Assembly (NCBI GenBank): GCA_965224245.1
Contig: OZ245046.1
Location: 3,744,001 to 3,808,000 of the forward strand
From: Candidatus Eiseniibacteriota bacterium
GTDB taxonomy: Bacteria; Eisenbacteria; RBG-16-71-46; CAZAMP01
Direction of reading: 5' to 3'
DNA length: 64,000 bases
The position numbers and the translations under genes were made by a program. Under the pieces are notes generated by a model. It ran no database searches, had not been told where the DNA came from, and saw only the letters and a program-made list of their open reading frames with translations. Positions 56,574 through 64,000 of this stretch are shown here, piece after piece. Position 1 is the first letter of the stretch. The number at the start of each line of letters is the position of its first letter.

Positions 56574-57826
56574 GTTCCCGTTCGCTCGATCCGGTCACGC
56601 CGGCGAGCGGCCGGGTGACGAGCGGTGAGCCATGCATCGACGAGCGATTCCGTCTCGGCAACCATGCGCCGGAGCGCGAACCGGGACGCGGCCACACGGG
56701 CCGCGTTCTCGCCCAGGCGACGCGCCAGCTCGGGCGTCGCGAGCACCCGCTCCATCGCGTCGGCCAGCTCGCGCGGACGGCGGCACGGGACGACCAGGCC
56801 GGTCATGCCGTGCGTGATCAGCTCGGCGCTGCCGCCCGCGTCGGTCGTGACCACCGGCACCGCCAGCGACATGGCCTCCATCAGGAAGTTCGAGCATCCC
56901 TCCCGCTCGCACGAGGGGAGAACGGCCAGATCGCTGGCGCACAGGAGGTCGGCCACGTCGGATCGATGACCCAGAAACCGCACCTGCGTCCCCAGCCCCA
57001 GCCGATCCGCCGCCATCCGGAGCGACGCCTCCAGGGGACCGGTGCCGGCCAGGAGCACCATCGGCCGTACGTCCAGGTCGGCCAGGCGGACCAGTGCCGC
57101 GAGGAGACCCGCATGATCCTTCTTCGGTGTCAGGCTCGCGGCGACCAGCACGACCGGAACGCCCGGCGCGGCGCCCAGCTCGGCCCGGACGACGCCGCGC
57201 GGCCGCCCCGGCGGGGGCCAGTTCGAGGGCAACGCGTTGTAGACGACGTGTGCGTCGGGACGCCGGACACCCCGGCGCCGGAGAAGCTCCAGACCGGCCT
57301 CGGAGTTCGCGACGACGCCGTCGCATCGATCGAGAAGCCGCGACTCGGCCGCGACGAGGAGCCGATGGAGCAGCGAACGCGCCCGGTACGCCGATCCCCG
57401 CTCCGACCCCACCACCACCGGAACGCGGGCCAGCCGGGCCGCCGTGAGGCCGAAGCAGACCCCCGGGGTCAGCCAGCCGTGTACCACGTCGGCTCCTCTC
57501 AGACACGAGACCAGGCGCGGCACGAACGCGACGTCGAAGCGACCGCGGCGACCCACACACGTCACGTGGATGCCCGCGTCGCGAAGCTCGTCCGCGAGAG
57601 CGCCCTCCGCCGAGTCCAGCGTGACGATCGCGGGTGCGAAGCGATCCCGGTCCAGTGCAATCGCGAGCCGGGTCAGCTGACGCTCCGCTCCCCCGCCGCC
57701 GAGCGCGTTCGTGACGAAGACGACGCGCGCGGGACGCCCGAGCGGCGGATCCGGCTCCGGGGTGCGGGTTGCCCGCCACGGCGTCGGGCGGAGCTGCCGC
57801 GCCATCGGACGGAGGTTCGAGATCAC
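56564..57826 (-). CDS. Glycosyltransferase family 4
   Basis: 'GGGGAERQL', 'KKDH', 'FLGHRSDV', 'EGCSNFLMEAM'; start at the GTGA overlap (57826) or ATG 57805. Confidence 0.9.
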   Translation of the reverse strand: MISNLRPMARQLRPTPWRATRTPEPDPPLGRPARVVFVTNALGGGGAERQLTRLAIALDRDRFAPAIVTLDSAEGALADELRDAGIHVTCVGRRGRFDVAFVPRLVSCLRGADVVHGWLTPGVCFGLTAARLARVPVVVGSERGSAYRARSLLHRLLVAAESRLLDRCDGVVANSEAGLELLRRRGVRRPDAHVVYNALPSNWPPPGRPRGVVRAELGAAPGVPVVLVAASLTPKKDHAGLLAALVRLADLDVRPMVLLAGTGPLEASLRMAADRLGLGTQVRFLGHRSDVADLLCASDLAVLPSCEREGCSNFLMEAMSLAVPVVTTDAGGSAELITHGMTGLVVPCRRPRELADAMERVLATPELARRLGENAARVAASRFALRRMVAETESLVDAWLTARHPAARRRDRIERTGTCG

Positions 57827-58887
57827 GATGCTCTCGCCGCGGTGGCCGTCCCCGGGGCGTCCGCGGCCGCCGGACGCGACCCGGGCCGGTAGGCCCGCAC
57901 CACGGACACCGCCGCGGCGGCGAGCATGCCCAGCACGAACGCTCCCAGGGCGCTGCGCGTGCGCATCGGCCCCGCCTTGAACACCGGTGGCACCGCCGGG
58001 TCGAGCACGACGAGCTCGGGCTGGTGATAGGCTTCGTCGATCTTGGCCAGCTCGTACTGCCTGGTGAGCGTGAGGAAGATCTCCTCCTGGATGCGTGCGT
58101 CGCGCAGGAGACGCCCCTCGCGCAGGAGCAGCTCGGGAGACTTGTTGATGCGGACGTTCTGCGCCCGGAACGCTTTCAGCGCCTCCTCGGCCGCGCGGAG
58201 GCGGGTGCGCGTGGAGTCCATCCGGGTCTCGATGAATGCGCGCGTGGAGGCGGCCTCCTCGGTGCTCTGCATGCGCCGAACACGCTCGGCCTCGGCCACG
58301 ATCGCGTTGGCGATGCCCGCGGCGGTCTCGGGACTTCGATGGCGGACCGTCACCGTCCAGATACCGGTGCGGGAATCCGAGTCGGTCCGGATGCTCTCGT
58401 GTAGCCACGCGAGCGCCGAGGCCCGCCCTTGCGCCGGCGTCTTCGCGTCGGCGCGAAACAGAGAATCCAGGGGCGCGTGCATCCCGAGTCTCGGCTGGAA
58501 GAACGGTCGCGCGAGCACGTGCTCGAGCACGCGCCGGCTCGTCACGACGGTCGCGTAGGCCGATGCGCCGTCCCGGCCCGGTAGCGAGATGCCGACCGCC
58601 TGTGCGAGGTCGGTGGCCTTGCCGAGGTCCATCGCCCTCGCCCCCCCGGCCTCGTTCGGCATCAGCGTGACGGACGCGTCGTAGACGTTGGGAATCATCA
58701 GGGACACCCCGGCCGCGACGCCGGCGGCCAGGAGCCCCGTCGCCACGATCAGCCGCAGGTGGCGCCGCAGGATCCGGGTCACCTCCGGCACGTCGATGCC
58801 GAGCGACCACGCGTCGTCGATCCCGCCCTGCCCGTCGGTGCCCGGGATCGCGATCGGGACCGGCGGTCTCCGCTCTCCATGGGACAT
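57823..58887 (-). CDS. Wzz/GNVR polysaccharide chain-length determinant (PCP)
   Basis: N- and C-terminal TM, 'PNVYDAS', coiled coil, 'QYELAKIDEA...VLDPAVPP..KAGP'. Confidence 0.88.
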   Translation of the reverse strand: MSHGERRPPVPIAIPGTDGQGGIDDAWSLGIDVPEVTRILRRHLRLIVATGLLAAGVAAGVSLMIPNVYDASVTLMPNEAGGARAMDLGKATDLAQAVGISLPGRDGASAYATVVTSRRVLEHVLARPFFQPRLGMHAPLDSLFRADAKTPAQGRASALAWLHESIRTDSDSRTGIWTVTVRHRSPETAAGIANAIVAEAERVRRMQSTEEAASTRAFIETRMDSTRTRLRAAEEALKAFRAQNVRINKSPELLLREGRLLRDARIQEEIFLTLTRQYELAKIDEAYHQPELVVLDPAVPPVFKAGPMRTRSALGAFVLGMLAAAAVSVVRAYRPGSRPAAADAPGTATAARAS

Positions 58888-61800
58888 CTACTTCGTGACC
58901 TCGTTGATGAGAAAGATCGTCGTTGCCGCGCCGGAGAGGACGCTGATGACGTCGGCGACGTCTCTCCAGCGACTGCCGTGCGGCGACTCGATCTTGCGGG
59001 GAACCACGATCGTCGTGCCCGGATCCACAGTTGGCCCGTGACGGAGAAAGCCGCCGGTTCCGTGGTCGACGCTTCCGTTGGCACGCTGAACGAGAATGCG
59101 GTCGCCGTCCGCGAACTCGGTGAGCCCGCCGGCGTGCCGGAGGTAGTACTTCACGCCCTCGCCGGCCCGGAAGATCACGCTCGTGGGAAAGCCGACCTCC
59201 CCCACGACCTTGACCGTCTGCGGCGCCTCGGGGATCCGGAGCGCGTCACCGTCCACCAGCGTCAGATCCTCGGGGCCGCCGGGCTCGGCCAGGGCCCGGG
59301 CCAGATCGATTCCGATGCGACCGGCCTCGTTCTGCTCGCGCGTGAAGATGGCCGCCCGCACGTACGCACCCTCGAGCAGACCGCCGGCTCGCTCGATCAG
59401 CTCGGAGAGCGTCTCCCCGGGGCGCGAGAGGCTGTACACGCCGGGGAATCGGACCTCGCCGGTGATGCTGACGTTCTGCTGGCGCTCCCAGCCCGCGCGC
59501 TCGCGCACGTAAACGACGTCGTTTCGGACCAGCATGAACCCTGGTGCCTCGCCGCGACCGTCGTCCCAGCCGAGGACGTCGACCCGGTACACGTCGGACC
59601 GCCGGCGCTCGGCCGACGCGGTGGTGTCCATGCGCGCGACCTCCACGAACCGATCGTACGCGGTCTCACGAAGCCCCCCCGCCATCCGGACCAGATCCGC
59701 GAGCGACGTGCCGCGCGGCAGCGCGTACCGGCCGGGGGCGCGAACCGGCCCCACGATGCGCACCGAGTCGCGCTCGACGAAGTCCCACTGGGAGCGAACC
59801 GTGACGTGATCCCGATCCGCGAGCGCCATGTGCATGTCGGTGTCGTCCCCGAGATCGACCCTCATGATCGCCTCGCGTCGATCGGGATCGCGCCGGACGA
59901 GCTGTACGTCGTGCGTCCGGGCATCCGGGCGCAGCCCGCCCGCCTGGCCGATCGCGGTCCCGAGCGTCATCCCCGATCGCCACGCGACGCGCCCGGGGCG
60001 TCGCACCCCGCGTCCGGTCACCTCGACGTAGCGACCGGTCTCCTCGAGCACCGCGTCGATCGTGATCTGATCACCGTCCCGGAGGGGGAACGGCACCACG
60101 CCGAGGAGCTCGTTCCGCCCGACCGTCTTCAGCTCCCAGCCATAGTCGCGCTCGCCGGTGGCGACGTCGCCCCGAGCCACCCGGCGCACGTTCGCCCGCT
60201 CGAGATAGGCCTCGGCGGTGAGCCCGCCGGCCGCGGCCAGCACGTCGGCGAGCCCCTCGCCCGCCCGCACCTCGTACACCGCCTCTCGAAAGACCTCGCC
60301 GGCCACCCGCACGCGCGCGCCGGCGGTCGGAACGTGTATCGCATCTCCCGACGCGAGCCCCACGTCGTGCGACAGATCACCGGCGAGGAGCACGCGGTAG
60401 AGATCGACCGTGGCCACCGCGCGGCCGTCACGCACGACCTCGATCGCGCGCAGCGTGCCGCTCTCGCGCGGACCTCCGGCGCGGAACAGCACGTCGAGCA
60501 CCGACGCGGTGGCGGTCACGCGATACGCGCCGGGGCGGCCGACCTCTCCGAGCACGAACACCTGGATCGTGCGGACCCTGGCCACCGACAGGTCGAACCA
60601 CGTCGTCGGATCGGCGCCGTCGCGTCCACGAAGCCCCGAGTACACGTCGGCGAGACGGATCTCGAGCTCGTGCTCGAGCACGTCGAGGGCGCGCCCCGCC
60701 ACCGCCACCAGCCCGACGTCCTTGATGAACACGCGCCCTTCGCGATCGACGGGGAGGGTCTCGACGAGCTCGGTGTCGCCCCATACGGTCAGGACCAGCT
60801 CGTCCCCGGGCCCCACGAGGTAGTCGGGTGGAACCCGTCCCCAGTCGAGCGGCGCGAAGCCGTCGGGGGAATCGGTGAAGAGGTCGTAGCCGAACGGGGT
60901 CAGCGCCGTGCTGTCGCGGCGCGCTCCGATCGCGTCGGGATCACGCACCGGCGGCGGGGTCGGGGCCAGCTCGGCGTCGCCGAGCCCCACACCGGACGCG
61001 GACGAGCGGGCACGATCCCGGAGGGAATCCAGCGTCGCACGACGCGCGCTGGACAGCGCGTCCTGGATCGCCCGCGCCTCGACCTCGTCGATGCGGCCGA
61101 CCGAGCCGACCGCGTGGCGGCGCAGCTGCTCGACCTCCGAGTGGCTGAGATCCTGAGCGTGCGACGACCCGAGCGTGGTCAGGAGCGCGGCCGACACGAC
61201 GGCGACGAGTGCCGCCGCGCGCGAGCCCCGGGCCGGCCACGATCGAGACCGGAGCCGACGCACGGCGCCACGCACGGCCGACGGCGTCGCCGCCTCCATC
61301 GCGTCGAGATCGCGATCGGAGAGACGGCCGAGGAGCCGCACCACCGACACGCCGCCGGCGAGCGCCGATGCCAGCAGCACCGGGATCGGGCTCTCGACGA
61401 GCAGCGAGAGCGCCAGCGCCGGGATCAGCGCCGCGCCCACGCGAGCCGCCACCGACGCCGCGAATCGCCAGTCCACGTCGCCGTCACAGATCCGACGGGC
61501 CAGGAGCCGCCCCAGCCCCGTCATCATCAGACCGGCCGCCACGCGGGCACCCGCGATACCCACGAGACCGAACAGGTTCCCGAGCACGAAGACCATCCCC
61601 AGGTTCGTGAGACTGCCCCAGAGCTCCAGGCGAACGGTCTGGCCGGGTGGGGCGGCGACGTAGACGACGCCACCGAGGAGCGCGTGGAGGGCATACAGCG
61701 TCGCGGCCAGGCAGAGCACCGCGAGCACCGGCGCGGCGGCCGGATACCGGCCACCGCCGATCACGTCGACGAGCGAGCCCGACGCGACCGCGATCGACGC

Positions 61801-62733
61801 CGCCAGCGGAACCGTGCCCAGGAGCACGAACCGGGAGCTGCGGCGAAGCGCTGCGCCGATCCGATCGCGCCCGAGCGCCTTCACCGCCGACAGCTTCGGC
61901 AGGAGCGGCGAGACGAGCGCATCGATCACGACCGTCACGTAGTTGAAGAACCGGCACGCCAGGTAGTACGCGGCGAGCGATGCGGGTCCGAGGAGAATGC
62001 CGACCACGAGCTTGTCGGCGTGCATGCTGCCCAGCCGCAGGAATCCGTTCAGGTAGAACGGCAGCGCCAGCCGACCGATCGACTCGACGTCGGGCCGCCG
62101 CGCGGGACCGATCAAGAGCCGCCGGTGCCAGAACGCGAGACCCAGCGTCAGGAAGAGCTCGCCGATCGCGTACGCGAGCACCATCTCCTCGAACCGACCG
62201 GTCCACAGCAGCGTGGCGAGCGCGAGCGCGCGAAGCGGTAGATCGTGCACGATGCGCATCACGCTGACGCTCGCGATCCGATCGAGAGCCGAGACGACGA
62301 GGAGTGACTGCTCGTAGAGACGACCGCTCACCACCGCGAGTGCGAGCGCACGCACGAGCGGCGCATGATCGGGTGAGCGGAGAAAGAGCGCGGCCACGGG
62401 CTCGGGCCGGACGACGAGCACGGCCACCAGCGGTACGAGCGCGAGCGACGGGAGCACGAGCGTTCGTCGAGCGACCCAGCGTGCGCTGGGGGCGTCGCCC
62501 CGCGCCATCGCCGGGGGACCCAGCTGGTACAGCACGCCCACCAGCCCGAACGCCGACACGGTGCCGGTCAGGGCCAGAAACGGCTCCAGGAGCGCCCACG
62601 CGGCCAGCTCGAGCGGGCTGACCCGGCGCGTCAGCACGGCCAGCCAGGTGACGCCGGCGACGGCCATGATTCCCTGAGCCGAGAGAAGCCCCGCGCTGTC
62701 GCGGATCGCGCGAGTGGCTCGGTTGGCATCCAC
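58888..62733 (-). CDS. Fusion ORF: Wzx-like flippase (about aa 1-490) plus SLBB-repeat OPX polysaccharide export protein
   Basis: Flippase 'ADKLVVGILLGPASLAAYYLA'; OPX 'FGYDLF...DYLVGPGDEL...VDREG', six 'V.V.GEV..PG.Y'-type SLBB repeats, C-terminal amphipathic helix; no stop between the halves. Confidence 0.85.
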   Translation of the reverse strand: MDANRATRAIRDSAGLLSAQGIMAVAGVTWLAVLTRRVSPLELAAWALLEPFLALTGTVSAFGLVGVLYQLGPPAMARGDAPSARWVARRTLVLPSLALVPLVAVLVVRPEPVAALFLRSPDHAPLVRALALAVVSGRLYEQSLLVVSALDRIASVSVMRIVHDLPLRALALATLLWTGRFEEMVLAYAIGELFLTLGLAFWHRRLLIGPARRPDVESIGRLALPFYLNGFLRLGSMHADKLVVGILLGPASLAAYYLACRFFNYVTVVIDALVSPLLPKLSAVKALGRDRIGAALRRSSRFVLLGTVPLAASIAVASGSLVDVIGGGRYPAAAPVLAVLCLAATLYALHALLGGVVYVAAPPGQTVRLELWGSLTNLGMVFVLGNLFGLVGIAGARVAAGLMMTGLGRLLARRICDGDVDWRFAASVAARVGAALIPALALSLLVESPIPVLLASALAGGVSVVRLLGRLSDRDLDAMEAATPSAVRGAVRRLRSRSWPARGSRAAALVAVVSAALLTTLGSSHAQDLSHSEVEQLRRHAVGSVGRIDEVEARAIQDALSSARRATLDSLRDRARSSASGVGLGDAELAPTPPPVRDPDAIGARRDSTALTPFGYDLFTDSPDGFAPLDWGRVPPDYLVGPGDELVLTVWGDTELVETLPVDREGRVFIKDVGLVAVAGRALDVLEHELEIRLADVYSGLRGRDGADPTTWFDLSVARVRTIQVFVLGEVGRPGAYRVTATASVLDVLFRAGGPRESGTLRAIEVVRDGRAVATVDLYRVLLAGDLSHDVGLASGDAIHVPTAGARVRVAGEVFREAVYEVRAGEGLADVLAAAGGLTAEAYLERANVRRVARGDVATGERDYGWELKTVGRNELLGVVPFPLRDGDQITIDAVLEETGRYVEVTGRGVRRPGRVAWRSGMTLGTAIGQAGGLRPDARTHDVQLVRRDPDRREAIMRVDLGDDTDMHMALADRDHVTVRSQWDFVERDSVRIVGPVRAPGRYALPRGTSLADLVRMAGGLRETAYDRFVEVARMDTTASAERRRSDVYRVDVLGWDDGRGEAPGFMLVRNDVVYVRERAGWERQQNVSITGEVRFPGVYSLSRPGETLSELIERAGGLLEGAYVRAAIFTREQNEAGRIGIDLARALAEPGGPEDLTLVDGDALRIPEAPQTVKVVGEVGFPTSVIFRAGEGVKYYLRHAGGLTEFADGDRILVQRANGSVDHGTGGFLRHGPTVDPGTTIVVPRKIESPHGSRWRDVADVISVLSGAATTIFLINEVTK

Positions 62734-62743
62734 CGCCGTGCCC

Positions 62744-63892
62744 CTAGCGAGCGAGACCGGCGGCGGGGGCCTCGACCAGCGGCCGCACGATCGTGAGGAG
62801 CTCGTGCATCTGGATCGCGGTTCCCACCGTGATCCGGAGGCAGCCCGACAGCCCCGCCAGGTGAGCCAGGTTCCGCACGAAGACGTTCTTTCCCCGGAGC
62901 GCCTCGCTCAACGACGCCGGATCGTCGGGGCGGATGATCATGAAGTTGGCCGGGGTCGGATGGCACTGGATGCCGATCTCGGTGAGCCCCTTCTCGAGCT
63001 CACTCATGCCCCAGCGCACGTCGGCGCAGTACTCGCGGACGTCCTGATACGCGTCGAGGGCGGCCACCGCGGCCACCTGACCCAGCGCGTTGACGCTCTT
63101 GCCGACGCGAATGCGAGCGAGCACGTCGACGATCGTCGGGTGGGCGACCACGTAGCCGATCCGGAATCCCGCGAGACCGAAGGCCTTGGAGAACGTGCGG
63201 GTCACGAGGAGATTCGGATGCGCGCGCACGAGATCGATCACCGAGCGTTCGGAGTACTCGTGGTACGCCTCGTCCACGACCACGAGCGAGGAGCGATGCC
63301 GCGAGGCGAGGCGGCGAATCACCGTGTCGTCGTACTCGGTGCCGGTCGGGTTGTTCGGGCTCCCCAGGTAGATCAGCCGCGACCCGGGGACGATCGCGTC
63401 CAGCTCGGCCAGGTCCGGATCCAGGGGCGACGTGTAGGTGAAGGCCTCGACGTGCGCGCCGGCGGCCTCGGCGTAGACGCGGAAGTTGTCGTACGTCGGG
63501 GACACGGTGGTCACCCGTGCGCCCGGCTCCAGGTAGGCCCGGGTCACGTACTCCAGCGCGCTGTCGGATCCGGCGAACGTCAGAATGGACTCCGTCGGCA
63601 GACCCGTGTACCCCGACAGCGCGGTCGTCAGCGTCGTCGCGGCCACGTCCGGATACCAGTTGAGCGGTCGCCCCTCGAGAAACCGGCGCACCTCGTGGAT
63701 GACGAGGGCCGGCGGGGACACCGTCGACTCGTTCCAGTCGAGCTTCATCGCGCGCGCCGGATCGACCAGCGAAAGCGCCTCCTGGCTCACGACGGGATAG
63801 GGCCGGATTGCCTCGACCCACGGCGTCGCGGGAATGCGTCCGTCGAGCGGGTCACGAATGGACTTCGCGGTCACCATGATCTCCCAGGCCAT
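62744..63892 (-). CDS. HisC/CobD-like class I/II PLP-dependent enzyme (start may be ATG 63877)
   Basis: 'KLDWNES', 'PNNPTG', 'VDEAY', 'RTFSKAFGLAGFRIG', 'LRITVG'. Confidence 0.88.
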   Translation of the reverse strand: MAWEIMVTAKSIRDPLDGRIPATPWVEAIRPYPVVSQEALSLVDPARAMKLDWNESTVSPPALVIHEVRRFLEGRPLNWYPDVAATTLTTALSGYTGLPTESILTFAGSDSALEYVTRAYLEPGARVTTVSPTYDNFRVYAEAAGAHVEAFTYTSPLDPDLAELDAIVPGSRLIYLGSPNNPTGTEYDDTVIRRLASRHRSSLVVVDEAYHEYSERSVIDLVRAHPNLLVTRTFSKAFGLAGFRIGYVVAHPTIVDVLARIRVGKSVNALGQVAAVAALDAYQDVREYCADVRWGMSELEKGLTEIGIQCHPTPANFMIIRPDDPASLSEALRGKNVFVRNLAHLAGLSGCLRITVGTAIQMHELLTIVRPLVEAPAAGLAR

Positions 63893-64000
63893 TGACGGCG
63901 CGCCGGAACGGCCGCCGCGTCACGGACTCCCCGGCCGAGAACGCCCGGACGCACTGACGCAGCTTGCCGCCGGGCCCGGGGGGTATCTCGTCCACGACGG
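63852..64000 (-). CDS. C-terminal fragment of a CapK/phenylacetate-CoA-ligase-family protein (5' end outside window)
   Basis: Translated by hand: 'VVDEIPPGPGGKLRQCVR', matching the adenylate-forming A10 motif (P..P.GK.R). Confidence 0.55.
   Translation of the reverse strand, partial: VVDEIPPGPGGKLRQCVRAFSAGESVTRRPFRRAVNGLGDHGDREVHS

Noticed and set aside
56564-58810. Apparent 748-aa glycosyltransferase, and similar extended calls (45336..47945, 12743..14842, 19536..21656, 20798..22507, 53576..55309, 23933..28180)
   Set aside because: The extensions are low-complexity shadow frames overlapping real neighbouring genes. They are not fusions, unlike 58888..62733, where both halves have family motifs in the same frame.
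1-64000. CRISPR array, tRNA, rRNA, IS/transposase, integrase or prophage genes
   Set aside because: No regularly spaced repeats, cloverleaf/T-loop signatures or mobile-element motifs were seen by eye; small RNAs could have been missed without a covariance search.
1-64000. High frequency of GATC/CGATCG/TCGA as a possible HIP1-like repeat linked to the Dam homologue
   Set aside because: Explicable by ATC/GAC/GAG/GTC codon preferences in a high-GC genome; enrichment cannot be shown without a Markov-model test.

Overview
Very GC-rich (about 70% by eye) bacterial chromosomal window from a diderm organism. Several secreted proteins end in FlgD-Ig/T9SS-like C-terminal domains, which suggests an FCB-related lineage such as Ca. 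Eisenbacteria, Krumholzibacteriota or Latescibacterota (inference). About 48 CDS were called from motifs. They include an ECF sigma factor, secreted multi-domain proteins, a 5'-nucleotidase, GT4 glycosyltransferases, an orphan Dam-family methylase, a DUF2270-yhaO-yhaN operon, mfd, a DUF4143 ATPase, rpmB-rpmG, AsmA, a sigma54 two-component island with its apparent target genes, a MoxR-DUF58-BatA operon, BtpA, a lone BMC-T shell gene coupled to an MBL hydrolase, and the distal end of a polysaccharide locus. I saw no rRNA, tRNA, CRISPR array or transposase. Four observations stand out: (1) one uninterrupted 1281-aa ORF joining a Wzx-type flippase to an SLBB/OPX export protein through an internal signal-peptide-like segment; (2) a stand-alone gated BMC-T gene translationally coupled to a glyoxalase-II-like enzyme; (3) three sigma54 promoters served by two copies of an enhancer-like motif next to an NtrC-family regulator; (4) an ImmA/IrrE-like protein with a broken HExxH motif. 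All family calls come from motif recognition without database searches.
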